A DNA stretch of 64,000 nucleotides, taken from positions 78,931 through 142,930 of the forward strand of contig JBBRLI010000008.1 of assembly GCA_038231455.1 (NCBI GenBank), read 5' to 3'. Source of the DNA: Vulcanimicrobiales bacterium. Lineage in GTDB: Bacteria > Vulcanimicrobiota > Vulcanimicrobiia > Vulcanimicrobiales > Vulcanimicrobiaceae. Position 1 is the first letter of the stretch, and each line of letters opens with the position of its first letter. Made by a program: the position numbers and the translations under genes. Below, in pieces: positions 31,681 through 41,473 of the stretch. Under the pieces are notes generated by a model that saw nothing but the letters and a program-made list of their open reading frames with translations, did not search any database and was not told the DNA's origin.

Positions 31681-34600
31681 TTAATCCCCGGCGGAACCCG
31701 AGAGTTGACGACGGTAGGTCGTGAGTTCCACATCGGCGTCGAGCTCGTTGAGTTTGTCTTTGAGGGCTTGCTCGAGGTCGGCATCGGCCCACATGCCACG
31801 CCGCTGGGTATCGAGCAGAATGTTGCCGAGATCGCGCGTTTTGTGGACGTTGGCATCCGAGATGCGGTCCCACTCGGAGAGCGTGACTTCGACGGTGCGT
31901 TTCCACAGTTCGGGCGAGATCGTATTGCCGAGCGCGGCTTCGGTGGAACGCATCGCCTTAAAGATGTCGCCGAATTCCATGACGCCGGAATAGCCGTGTT
32001 CCATCATCTTGTCGCGCCACGCTTGCGAGTGGAAGCGCGTGAGCACGCCGTTGACGACGATGTTGCGGAAGTTCTTGACTTTGGGATCGCGACGTGTGAG
32101 GTCGCTGACGACGATCATCGTATCCTCGTGTCCCATCGTGCGTTTGGCCGCGCCGAACGCCGAGGTGAACGAGGCGAACATGTCTTCCTTGACCGGTCCG
32201 CCAGCCGCCATCTGGACGAGCGGCTGTTGGATAACCTCCACGGTCTCCACAAGATAGCGTTGAATGTCTGCGGCCGGTTTGATGAGGATGCTCGCAAACT
32301 CGGGGATATAGGCGTTGCTATTGTCGCTCATCCAGGCTGCACCGATGTCGTTGAAATCGGTGAAGTTGCCGGTGTCGAGCATCGCGCCGACCTGACCCAT
32401 GAATGCATCTTCACCCATGCCGAAGCAGCGGGCTTTCGCAAGCTCCGGATCCATGCCGTTTGCGATCATGTGGTCGGTATGCTTCTTGACGAAGTTCCAC
32501 TCGTACGGTTCGTCGGCGTTTGATGCAAGAACCGCGGCATCGTGGATCAACCGAATCGCCCCGGGGAACGTATTTTTGAAAACGGTCGACGTGTTGGCGA
32601 GGATGTCGATGCGCGGGCGACCGAGTTCGTCGAGAGAAATCAGCTCGACGCGTTCGGCGCGGTTGAAGCGGTCTTTCTGGACGCGTACGCCCATAAGATC
32701 GAGCGCCTGCGCGATGCCGACGCCGTCGCTTTCGAGGACTTCCGAGCCCCAGAGGACGACGCCGACGGTTGCCGGATAGTGTCCGCGCTCGGCGACGGCC
32801 GCTTCGAGAATTTGCTCGACGGTGCGGCGTGCTTTGCGGCAGGCAGCTTCCCGCGGCAGCATACGGACATCGGTCGAGGCCATGTTGCGGCCGGTCGGGA
32901 GCACGTTCCAATTGCCGACCGGTTCGCCGCCCGCTGAGGGCTCGAGGTACTTGCCGTCAAGGGCCGTGAGCAGGCCTTTGCGTTCGCCATCGCCGACGCG
33001 ACCGAGCTCCGCATAGAGCGTGCGCGCGCGTTCGATGAACGTCGTGAGCTCACCGAGTTCGTACGGGTTTTTCGCAAGCGTATGTCCGGCGATCGGACGC
33101 GTGCTCAAGATGCCGACAATCGCCGCTTGACCGACTTTGCCGCTGGGACGCAGCACTTCGGCCGAAACGATTTCTTTGCCGGCTTCTTTAATCTCATCGA
33201 GGATTTCGTGGTTGTAGAGACCGTCTGCCGTGCGGCCGTGTTGATCGGCCATCAGTTTGTCGTACGGGATGCCGTAGCAGCCCGCGATCAAGCGATAGAA
33301 GTCCACGTCCGAGAATTCGAGGCAAGCGTAGAACGTCGAGAGCTGATCTTCGGGTGAGAGGTTGCGGCCGAAGACGTGCTGACCCGCGGGCGCAAATTCG
33401 CCTTCGAGCGAGACGAGTTCGTCGTGGACGCGCGCGACGTACTTGCGCTGTTCGTCTTCGTTTGCCCAACGCACGTCGATACCGCCGCGTTCGTCCGGAA
33501 CGCGGGCCGGCGGAAGAAGCGGCTGTTGTCCCGCAGCTTCCGTCCGAATACCGCTGCGCTCGACAACTTCGACGACTTCCGAGGCGATGTCCGAGCGTTT
33601 CTCGACGTCGCTGGAGTTCGTATTGTAGTAGTCGTGCACGAGGCGATGCAGGTTACGCAAATCTTCGCTGCCGTCGACAGAGACGAGCGGCGGGCAGAGG
33701 TGCGAGAGAATCGTTGCATACGAACGGCGCCGCGCGATCGAGGCTTCGACCGGATCGACGACGTTGAAGATGTACGCGTGCGGCGTCGAGTCGACTAAGA
33801 ACTCCGGATAGTCGCCCGCAGCAGGGCACCACTCTTTGCCTTTCGCCCATTCGACGAGTCCGTGCGTGCCGACGTGGACGATCGCATCGGCGTTGAAGCG
33901 GCGCGTAGCGTAGCGATACGATGCGAGCAGCCACGGCGAAGGCGGTGCGCCTTTGTCGTGGATGGCGCTAAGGTCTTCCATGCCCTGCATGTCTTGCAGC
34001 AGCACCAGAATGTTGCCGAAGCGCAGACCTTTGATTGGAATCGTCGCCGGCGGTTGGCCCCACACGTCGTAAAAGTACGATTCGAACTTCGTCGGAAGAT
34101 CGTGCACCCAGTCGCGGATCTCCGCGCTCGAGACAGCGCCGACGGTGTGATACCCGGCGTACATGTCTTGCAGTTTTTTGGAGATTTCAAGATCCGTCGC
34201 GTCGATATCGCCCGTGCGGTAGCCGTTCTCTTGCAGCGTCTCGAGCATCGTACGAATGGAGCCGGCGATATCGAGGAAGAGCGCGACGCCGATGTTCCCA
34301 GGTCCCGGCGGGAAGTTGTAGATAAACGCCGCGATCTTCTTTTCGTCATTTTTGAGGTGGCGCAGCTTGAGCCAACGGGTCGAAATCTCAGCGAGGTTTT
34401 CGACGCGATCGGGGATCGGTTCGAGCGCACTAATATCGGCGTTTGTTGCTTCGCGCGAGCAGATCGGCGGCATCGGTTGAATGCCTTCGGTCTCGGGGGT
34501 GACGATGTTGCCGATGTATTCGAGCGATGCGACGCCGAATTTCGATGCCGCAAGATCGGCGCGCGACATCGCGGCGTTTACGGGTGAGGTGTAGACGCGC

Positions 34601-35649
34601 GGATCGCCGAGATCGTGAATGAGATCGATCGACGGCTCGGGTGCGCCCGCGAACATCGAACCCGCAAGATAGAGCGGAACGTTGTGATAGACGGCGTTGA
34701 CCAGCGGTTGCTGCGTTTTCGTCGCGAGCAAATGTTTACGCGAAACGATGTGCGCGTTGAACACCGCGGTCATCGAGGTGATAACGCCGAGGCCGCGCTT
34801 CTCCCACGCTTCGATTGCGGCGTTGAGCACGGGATGGTTCCACTCAACGAGGAAGAGATCGTGCGTAATGAAGCCGATGCGATCCCAGGGCTTCTTGCCG
34901 TACGTTTTTTCAAAATACGGTTCGTACCACGCGAGATACTCTTCCGGTGTTTGGAAGAGCCCCTTGTGTGCGGGGTGGTAGATGCCTTCGTTCTCGACCT
35001 TGGCGGGGAGCGGAACGACGCCTTTGTAGGCGTTGTTCATGAAGTTCTGCATCAGGTACAAGAACATGTTTTCCACGTTCTCGACGCTGCGGTTATTCCA
35101 GTAACCGATCATGACGAGATTTTTGAAGACCGGCTTCTTGAGAAGCTTGGCCATGAGCGGGGCCGCACCGACCATCTTCTGCATCCCGAGGAAACCTTGG
35201 CGCGCTTCCCAGAGCTCGTCGATGACTTCGTTCTTTGCTTTTGCCTGATAGCGTTTGATCGCCATCGACATCTCGCGCATTGGGTTGGACTTGTTCATGT
35301 CGAACTCGAAGCCCAGCGACTTGAACATCATGTTCTGCAGGCGCGGATCGGGAATGTCGTACCACAGGAATTTGACCTTGTTCAATTCCCCGGCGCGGTC
35401 CATCTCGACCACCAGCTGGGCCAGGCGCTCGACCGTATCGTGCGTCATCGCCTGCCAGCCGACGAAGATGTCGGCACCCTTGATCGACTCCCGCAGGCGC
35501 CCGAGGGCGGCGGGGTCGTTGAAGTCGGCCGCACCATAGTGCTCTAGCTCCCACGGCTGACCCGTCTTCTCGCGCAGATTGTGAAAGGCGAGACGCATAG
35601 CATTCGCGCGCTCGTCCGGGGCCCATGAGGAATAGCCGACAACCTTCAT
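31681..35649 (-). CDS. bchH: Magnesium chelatase H subunit (CobN/BchH family, divergent)
   Basis: 1322 aa; YNFPPG, HVGTHGLVEW, VLPTGRN and LGRPRID motifs; shares the upstream palindrome with other bch loci. Confidence 0.8.
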   Translation of the reverse strand: MKVVGYSSWAPDERANAMRLAFHNLREKTGQPWELEHYGAADFNDPAALGRLRESIKGADIFVGWQAMTHDTVERLAQLVVEMDRAGELNKVKFLWYDIPDPRLQNMMFKSLGFEFDMNKSNPMREMSMAIKRYQAKAKNEVIDELWEARQGFLGMQKMVGAAPLMAKLLKKPVFKNLVMIGYWNNRSVENVENMFLYLMQNFMNNAYKGVVPLPAKVENEGIYHPAHKGLFQTPEEYLAWYEPYFEKTYGKKPWDRIGFITHDLFLVEWNHPVLNAAIEAWEKRGLGVITSMTAVFNAHIVSRKHLLATKTQQPLVNAVYHNVPLYLAGSMFAGAPEPSIDLIHDLGDPRVYTSPVNAAMSRADLAASKFGVASLEYIGNIVTPETEGIQPMPPICSREATNADISALEPIPDRVENLAEISTRWLKLRHLKNDEKKIAAFIYNFPPGPGNIGVALFLDIAGSIRTMLETLQENGYRTGDIDATDLEISKKLQDMYAGYHTVGAVSSAEIRDWVHDLPTKFESYFYDVWGQPPATIPIKGLRFGNILVLLQDMQGMEDLSAIHDKGAPPSPWLLASYRYATRRFNADAIVHVGTHGLVEWAKGKEWCPAAGDYPEFLVDSTPHAYIFNVVDPVEASIARRRSYATILSHLCPPLVSVDGSEDLRNLHRLVHDYYNTNSSDVEKRSDIASEVVEVVERSGIRTEAAGQQPLLPPARVPDERGGIDVRWANEDEQRKYVARVHDELVSLEGEFAPAGQHVFGRNLSPEDQLSTFYACLEFSDVDFYRLIAGCYGIPYDKLMADQHGRTADGLYNHEILDEIKEAGKEIVSAEVLRPSGKVGQAAIVGILSTRPIAGHTLAKNPYELGELTTFIERARTLYAELGRVGDGERKGLLTALDGKYLEPSAGGEPVGNWNVLPTGRNMASTDVRMLPREAACRKARRTVEQILEAAVAERGHYPATVGVVLWGSEVLESDGVGIAQALDLMGVRVQKDRFNRAERVELISLDELGRPRIDILANTSTVFKNTFPGAIRLIHDAAVLASNADEPYEWNFVKKHTDHMIANGMDPELAKARCFGMGEDAFMGQVGAMLDTGNFTDFNDIGAAWMSDNSNAYIPEFASILIKPAADIQRYLVETVEVIQQPLVQMAAGGPVKEDMFASFTSAFGAAKRTMGHEDTMIVVSDLTRRDPKVKNFRNIVVNGVLTRFHSQAWRDKMMEHGYSGVMEFGDIFKAMRSTEAALGNTISPELWKRTVEVTLSEWDRISDANVHKTRDLGNILLDTQRRGMWADADLEQALKDKLNELDADVELTTYRRQLSGSAGD

Positions 35650-35683
35650 ATAAGGAGGCTACGCCCACGGGGGGGCCCGGGAC

Positions 35684-35699
35684 GGTGATAGCTATCACC
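35684..35699 (-). promoter_or_regulatory. Perfect Crp/Fnr-type palindrome upstream of bchH
   Basis: GGTGATAGCTATCACC, 22 nt from TAGCCT (35656-35661), which lies 6 nt before the ATG. Confidence 0.85.
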
Positions 35700-35851
35700 C
35701 AGCCGACTGCTGTGCCAGAAATTTTGGCATACCGACGCGACCCAACAGCCTCCGGACCGACTTTGAGGCACCGTTACGGGCGATGCATCGTTTTCGTCTG
35801 GGTGCGAGGTTGTACACTACGCCCCACCCGTTTTTCTGTCGAGGAGTTTTT

Positions 35852-36250
35852 GTGCCGTTCGTTCGTATCGATGTTGCTGAGGGAAAATCCGCTGAGGAGC
35901 TTACCGCGATTGGTGACGGCGTTCATTCCGCGCTGATCGAAGCGATCGACATTCCCAAAGACGATCGTTTCCAAGTGATCAACGTGGTACCCGCAGCGCA
36001 GCTGATCTACGATCGTGCGTATTTCGAGATCAATCGCAGCGATGCAACGGTGTTCGTTCAGATTACGCTGCGGCCCGGACGCACCGAGGATCAGAAGCGC
36101 AAACTCTATCATCTCATCGCAACGCAGCTCTGGCGCAAAGCCAAAGTGCGTGCGGAAGATGTGTTTATTACGCTTGTGGAGATTCCGGGTGAGAACTGGT
36201 CCTTTGGTGGCGGCATCGCACAGTATGCGCCGTCGGTCAAGTCCGAGTAG
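35852..36250 (+). CDS. Tautomerase-family protein
   Basis: GAGGAG RBS with GTG start, N-terminal Pro, ENWSFGGG. Confidence 0.85.
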   Translation: MPFVRIDVAEGKSAEELTAIGDGVHSALIEAIDIPKDDRFQVINVVPAAQLIYDRAYFEINRSDATVFVQITLRPGRTEDQKRKLYHLIATQLWRKAKVRAEDVFITLVEIPGENWSFGGGIAQYAPSVKSE

Positions 36251-36959
36251 GCCCACCGTTTTCGCGCGCGTGCCGCTTTGCTTGAAAGTAATAATCCGCT
36301 AGTCGAAATCCCGCGCGCTCGAGCGCGCTGCGATCGCGACCTTCAGGTGTTTCGGTTGCCGCGCACACGAGCCGTCCGCCGGCTTCGAGTTGATCCGCGC
36401 GTTTAGCGAGGATCGCCGCGCCGTGTCCGCGGCCGCGTTGCGCGGGATACACGAAGGTGCGCACTTCCGTCCAGTGACCGTCGAGCGGCTCGCTCATGAC
36501 CACACCGACGACGTCATCGCCCCGCTGTGCGAGCAAAACTTCGGGCGTGGAAAAACCGCGGCCGTATTCTTTTGCTATTTCATTGATCGAGATCCGGTCC
36601 AGCGCCGAGGGTGGTCGCAGCACCACATCGCTCCGGTCGATCGTCGACTCGGCATGATGGATGAACGCCGCGCCCGTCGGCGCGAAGGCGAGATTCAGAT
36701 CGCTGGCCCCGCGACGCGCGGCATGGTCGCCCCCATAGAACCAAATGCTACGCGCCCCGAGCGCCGCAAACGCTTCGGCCAGACGCCGGGCCGGATCCTC
36801 GGAGTCGGCGATGTCGAATCGCACGATACAGTCCGAGGCAAAGATGCTGCCATCGCTCTTGAAGGCGACGCCGACCGCGCGGCCATCGTCGCGCAGCGCG
36901 ATTCCGCGAGCGCTTTCGCGAACCATCCGGGCGAGTGAGAGAACCGGTAAACTATCCAT
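36237..36959 (-). CDS. GNAT-domain protein
   Basis: VYPAQRGRGHG acetyl-CoA motif; LERAGF. Confidence 0.7.
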   Translation of the reverse strand: MDSLPVLSLARMVRESARGIALRDDGRAVGVAFKSDGSIFASDCIVRFDIADSEDPARRLAEAFAALGARSIWFYGGDHAARRGASDLNLAFAPTGAAFIHHAESTIDRSDVVLRPPSALDRISINEIAKEYGRGFSTPEVLLAQRGDDVVGVVMSEPLDGHWTEVRTFVYPAQRGRGHGAAILAKRADQLEAGGRLVCAATETPEGRDRSALERAGFRLADYYFQAKRHARENGGPTRT

Positions 36960-36980
36960 GCTGCGATCTCGAGTCCGGGC

Positions 36981-37012
36981 AAAAAAAAGCGAGTCGATAT
37001 CTCACGACTCGC
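36981..37012 (-). terminator. Intrinsic terminator after the histone-like gene
   Basis: GCGAGTCG-N8-CGACTCGC followed by T8 on the minus strand. Confidence 0.8.
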
Positions 37013-37061
37013 ATTTCGAAAAAGTGTTACCCCGGCCTGCGCCGGGCTAACACGATCGACC

Positions 37062-37433
37062 TTAAGCGGAGGCTTTTGCCTTGCGGACGGTCTTCTTGCC
37101 CGAAGCCTTGCGGCGCGGCGACGCTTTACGCGCAGCCTTCTTCACGCCTTTTTTGCGACCGGCGGTCTTTTTACGACCGGCAGTCTTTTTGCGTGCCGTT
37201 ACTTTACGGGCGGTTTTCTTGCGACCAGCGGTTTTCTTTTTGGCTGTTTTCTTGCGGGTCGTCTTTTTGGCGCTCGTCGATTTGCGGGTTGAGGTCTTCT
37301 TACGAGCGGTCTTCTTGGCGGCCGTCTTCTTGCGCGGAGCCGCTTTGCGGGCCGTGCTCTTCTTACGGCTGGTGGACTTGCGCGTCGAGGTTTTCTTGGC
37401 CGCGCTCTTCTTGGCGGTACGTTTCACTGCCAT
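37062..37433 (-). CDS. Histone H1-like Lys/Arg-rich nucleoid protein
   Basis: Repeated KKTA/RKST/RKKTAG units; strong downstream terminator. Confidence 0.75.
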   Translation of the reverse strand: MAVKRTAKKSAAKKTSTRKSTSRKKSTARKAAPRKKTAAKKTARKKTSTRKSTSAKKTTRKKTAKKKTAGRKKTARKVTARKKTAGRKKTAGRKKGVKKAARKASPRRKASGKKTVRKAKASA

Positions 37434-37517
37434 TGTTTTGGTAGCTCAACTTTCTATCCGCGTCGCTATGGAGGCGGATGGAAACCGGCATGTGCCGGGG
37501 ATGTTACCAATGTTATA

Positions 37518-39404
37518 TCACCCGGAGGAAATTTTCGCAACAACGTCGGTTATTGCGTAGTACCGGCCGCGCGAATTTTCGGCCAATTCTCGCATCAACG
37601 GATAGGCTTCGAACTCGTCCAAATTCACAAATGTCATCGCCGCGCGACCCGCGATCGCGCCCGCAATCGCCCGGCATTGTTCGCCCGCAACGGCGACGAG
37701 TTGGCGCGGATCGCCGTTTTTGAGCGCTGCGGAAATCTCGTTTTCGGCACCGAGCGGAACGTTCGCGCGGCCGTCGGAGAAGATTGCGACGTCGACTTGC
37801 GCGCCGGAATTCGCTCGTAAAAAGCGTTCCGTGATCCGGCGCACGTGTTCGAGCGCACCCGCAAGCGGGGTCAGCGCTTTGCCCTCGCCGGCTTCTAAAT
37901 CGAGCAGACGCGAAGCGACGAGATCGATATTTCGGCCCGTGTTCTCATCAACGACGACCTCGGCGCTCGGCCCCCAACACGATACCAGCGCCGCGCGTTC
38001 GCGCTCCGTATAGATGGGTCGCAAGAGTTCGCGGCACGCCGCGCGGACGAGCTCCGCAGATTTTTTGGTGGAGAGCGATGCATCCACGACGAGTACCGTC
38101 AGCCGCGGCGGGACGGCCGCATCGACTTGTTCGCGCGGCTCGGCCGGCATTGCTGCGGCGCGCGCGACACTGCGATCGACCAGCGTAGCGGCGATGTCGA
38201 GCCGGCCGTTCGCGAGCGGCTGCGTCGCGATCGTTTGTCCCTCGATTGCGGACTGCGGTCGTTTTTTCAAACTCGCGCGCTGCGTTAACTCGGGCGAAAC
38301 AATCGTCGTTGGACCCTGCGGCGGCGGCTCGTTCTCGGCATCGCTCTCGCCTTCGCCCATCGTTTGATCGAGTGCCGCTTCGATCGCTGCATCTTCGGCC
38401 ATGTGCTCCGAGAGCGCTTCGACTTTGAGTCGCGAGCGGCGCAAGCGCGCAGCAAGCGGCAGGACGCGCGCGACGTCCTCGCGCGTTACTTCTTTGCGGT
38501 TCTCCCAGGCCGCATACGCCGCGGCCGCTTCCAGCGTGACGATCTCCGTGCGGTGCGAATCGATGCCGAGGCGCGCGATCGTCTCGATCGCCGTGCGCTC
38601 TGCGTCTTCGTTGATGCGCACGTTCGGCAAGAGCTTGATCGCGCGCGCCAGGCGCGTGCGCAGCGCTTTTGTTTTGCTTTCGTAAAGCGCGGCAAAACCG
38701 CGTGGGTCGCGGGCGAACGCCGCGTTGCGGCGATAAATCTCGACGCGTTCGTCATAGCTGCCGGCCGCGCGAATGAAGACGCGCAGGCCGATACGGTCCG
38801 TGATCTGCGGACGCAGTTCGCCTTCTTCGGGATTCATCGTGCCGATGAGCGTGAAGCGCGAGGGGTAGTCGATCGCGTGCTGACCGCGCTTGACGTGCAC
38901 GACGCCTTGCGCTGCGGCATCGAGCAGCGCATCGACCGCAACGTCCGCGAGCAAGTTGATTTCATCAACGTAGAGCACGTTGCGATTCGCGCCTGCGAGG
39001 AGACCAGGACGGAAACCGACGGCATTCTTCTCGAGCGCCGCGCGCAAGTCGATCGCACCCACGAGATCGTCGAGTTGGACGCTTGCGGGAAGTTCGACGA
39101 TCTCGCCGCGCGTTTTACGCGTCTTCGGCCGTTCGCCGCGTTCGATCTGCGCCGCGCATGCCTCGCACAGATTGGCGCCGTCGGGGTCGCAGCCGTACGC
39201 GCACGTCGCGCGTTCGAGGACCGGCAAGAGTTCTGCGGCGCTGCGAACGAGCGTCGTCTTGCCCGTTCCTTTGGGGCCGGAGAAGAGCACGCCCCCGACG
39301 CGCGGATTGATCGCGGCAAGGGTGAGAGCGAGTTTGGGTTCGTCTTGACCGACGATTGCAACGAATGGGAACGGGATGTAAGCGGCTCGACTGGATTGCG
39401 GCAT
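37518..39404 (-). CDS. bchD: Chelatase AAA+/VWA subunit (BchD/ChlD architecture with intact BchI-like ATPase motifs)
   Basis: FPFVAIVGQ, GPKGTGKT, LYVDEINLL, MNPEEGELRPQ, Pro/acidic linker, DASLS MIDAS and SDGRANV. Confidence 0.75.
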   Translation of the reverse strand: MPQSSRAAYIPFPFVAIVGQDEPKLALTLAAINPRVGGVLFSGPKGTGKTTLVRSAAELLPVLERATCAYGCDPDGANLCEACAAQIERGERPKTRKTRGEIVELPASVQLDDLVGAIDLRAALEKNAVGFRPGLLAGANRNVLYVDEINLLADVAVDALLDAAAQGVVHVKRGQHAIDYPSRFTLIGTMNPEEGELRPQITDRIGLRVFIRAAGSYDERVEIYRRNAAFARDPRGFAALYESKTKALRTRLARAIKLLPNVRINEDAERTAIETIARLGIDSHRTEIVTLEAAAAYAAWENRKEVTREDVARVLPLAARLRRSRLKVEALSEHMAEDAAIEAALDQTMGEGESDAENEPPPQGPTTIVSPELTQRASLKKRPQSAIEGQTIATQPLANGRLDIAATLVDRSVARAAAMPAEPREQVDAAVPPRLTVLVVDASLSTKKSAELVRAACRELLRPIYTERERAALVSCWGPSAEVVVDENTGRNIDLVASRLLDLEAGEGKALTPLAGALEHVRRITERFLRANSGAQVDVAIFSDGRANVPLGAENEISAALKNGDPRQLVAVAGEQCRAIAGAIAGRAAMTFVNLDEFEAYPLMRELAENSRGRYYAITDVVAKISSG

Positions 39405-39456
39405 ATCGCGAACTTTGTGGATGGGATGCCGTCGCCCTCGCGCGAAGTGCCGCTTG

Positions 39457-40266
39457 ATGAACATTCCGATCGACGGCGGGTCCTTAAACTTCACCGATGC
39501 CGGCAGCGGCGAGGCACTGGTATTACTCCACGGATTCCCGCTCGATCATCGCTCGTGGCAAGCACAAGCAGACGACCTTTCGAAAACATACCGCGTGATC
39601 TGTCCCGATCTGCGCGGTTCCGGACGCTCGTCCGTCACGCCGGGTCCGTATTTGATGGAGACGCTCGCCGGGGATCTTCTCGATCTGCTCGATGCGCTTC
39701 ATATCGAACGCGCCGCGTTTGCAGCGCCCTCCATCGGCAGTTACGTCCAGGCCGCGTTCTTTCGGATGTACAGCGAACGGGTGAGCGGCTTCGCGCTCGT
39801 TGCGGGAAACACGTTTGCCGATACGCCGGCGATTCTCGCCGGGCGCGGACCGCTTGCGGATCGCGCCGAGCGCGACGGTATGCAGCCGGTGATCGATGCG
39901 TATCTCCCGCGTTACTACGCCAAACATTTTTATCGCGACCAGCCCGAGATGATCGAAGAAGGCCGCCGCTGGATGAGCGAGCAGAACCCGCTCGGCGTCG
40001 CCGCGCAGATTCGCGGTATGGCCGAACGCGTCAGCGCCGACGATCTTCTCGAAGACATTCACGTCCCGGCGCTGGTGCTTGCGCCAAGCGAAGATTCCTG
40101 GATTCCGGTCGCCCATCTGCGCGGGGTTGCGGGCCACCTTGCCGATTGCGAATTCCTCGAAGTCCCCGCCTGCGGACATATGCCGATGCGCGAACATCCC
40201 ACGATCGTTACCTCGGCGCTCCGCCGCCTCATGGAGCGCGTGAGCGCTCACGAACGCGCGATGTAG
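39457..40266 (+). CDS. Alpha/beta hydrolase
   Basis: LLHGFP, DLRGSG, SIG nucleophile elbow and GH. Confidence 0.85.
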   Translation: MNIPIDGGSLNFTDAGSGEALVLLHGFPLDHRSWQAQADDLSKTYRVICPDLRGSGRSSVTPGPYLMETLAGDLLDLLDALHIERAAFAAPSIGSYVQAAFFRMYSERVSGFALVAGNTFADTPAILAGRGPLADRAERDGMQPVIDAYLPRYYAKHFYRDQPEMIEEGRRWMSEQNPLGVAAQIRGMAERVSADDLLEDIHVPALVLAPSEDSWIPVAHLRGVAGHLADCEFLEVPACGHMPMREHPTIVTSALRRLMERVSAHERAM

Positions 40267-40751
40267 AACGCGATCCGCGGATCGGGGTGCGGCTCGCGCC
40301 GCATGCCAACGCGCTCGGCCGTCGCGATCGACGCGAGGTTCTCGCGTTCGATCGGCGCGATCACTTCGCTCACGGCCGTCTGCGCGAGCGCCCAGGTAAG
40401 GATCGTTCCGATCGCCTCCGCCGCGTATCCGCGACGACGCATCGAGGCAACGATCCCGTACCCGACTTCGACGCGACCGCGGTCATCTGGGAAGCCTTTG
40501 AGATTGACGAGCCCCACGACGATGCGTTTCTTGCGGTCGACGACGATGCGTCCTGAAAACGGTAAGACGGATGGGTCGCCCCGCAACCGCGCGAGTTGAA
40601 TAGGGAACACGCGTTCGATGAGAATCGCATCGGGCCACTCGACGGGCAGATCGGCGCCGATGAGGCGGCGCGCGTCTTCACGTTTTCCCGCAAGCAGTGA
40701 TTCGAGAATCGGGAGATCGGCGAGGACGAAGTCGAGGCGGGCCGATTGCAT
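40248..40751 (-). CDS. RimJ/RimL-type GNAT acetyltransferase
   Basis: EVGYGI..RRRGYA and N.AS...ERVG motifs. Confidence 0.85.
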   Translation of the reverse strand: MQSARLDFVLADLPILESLLAGKREDARRLIGADLPVEWPDAILIERVFPIQLARLRGDPSVLPFSGRIVVDRKKRIVVGLVNLKGFPDDRGRVEVGYGIVASMRRRGYAAEAIGTILTWALAQTAVSEVIAPIERENLASIATAERVGMRREPHPDPRIAFYIARS

Positions 40752-40753
40752 CG

Positions 40754-41473
40754 CTAGGCGTCCACGGATCCGCCAAGATAAATCGCGCGCACGCGCGGAT
40801 CCTCGGCGAGTTCTCCGGCGCTGCCCTTGAGTGCGATCTCGCCATTCTCCATGACGTAGGCGCGGTTGGCGTGTTTAAGGGTGAGAAACGCGTTCTGCTC
40901 GACCAGCAGCACGGCCGTTCCATCGGCGACGAGTGAAGCGATCAGCGCGAAGAGCTGCTCGACGATGAGCGGCGCAAGGCCGGTCGATGGTTCGTCCAGG
41001 CACAACAGCTTGGGCTTGGCCATAAGGGCGCGCCCGATCGCGAGCATCTGCTGCTCGCCACCGGAGAGCGAGAAGGCTGTTGCGTTCTTGCGTGCGGCAA
41101 GGGCCGGGAACCGTTCGTACATCGCGCGGAGTTCCGCCTCGATGTCGCGGCGATCGCGCGCGTATGCACCGAGGCGCAAGTTATCGTCGACCGAGAGTTC
41201 GGTGAAGAGCTGACGACCTTCGGGGACGTGCGAGAGTCCGTAGCGCACGACGCTCTCAACCGATGCCGCGATCAGGTCGTGACCATCAAAGCTGATGCTC
41301 CCGGACCGTACGCGCGTCTCGTACCGCGAGATCGTCCGCAGGAGCGTGCTCTTGCCGGCACCGTTCGCACCGAGCACGGCGACGATCTCGCCCGCCGCGA
41401 CATGCAGTGAAACGCCGCGTAACACATCGATCGCGCCATAGCCGGCGTGCAGGTCGTCGATCGCAAGCAACAT
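40754..41473 (-). CDS. livF: Branched-chain amino acid-type ABC ATPase (LivF-like)
   Basis: GANGAGKS, LSGGEQQM and VEQN motifs. Confidence 0.9.
   Translation of the reverse strand: MLLAIDDLHAGYGAIDVLRGVSLHVAAGEIVAVLGANGAGKSTLLRTISRYETRVRSGSISFDGHDLIAASVESVVRYGLSHVPEGRQLFTELSVDDNLRLGAYARDRRDIEAELRAMYERFPALAARKNATAFSLSGGEQQMLAIGRALMAKPKLLCLDEPSTGLAPLIVEQLFALIASLVADGTAVLLVEQNAFLTLKHANRAYVMENGEIALKGSAGELAEDPRVRAIYLGGSVDA

Noticed and set aside
38261-38270. A6 run (TTG AAA AAA C) in the bchD linker as a programmed frameshift producing a BchI-sized product
   Set aside because: The gene is already in frame, the run is not a clean X XXY YYZ heptamer, and neither shifted frame stops soon after it.
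39457-40266. Hydrolase next to bchD as bchO
   Set aside because: It is divergently oriented with only generic alpha/beta-hydrolase motifs, so the specific call cannot be supported.
38364-40556. Long alternative ORFs (e.g. 730 aa at 38364-40556, 499 aa at 25155-26654, 431 aa at 5093-6388)
   Set aside because: They are Arg-rich shadow frames overlapping well-supported genes, as expected in GC-rich DNA.
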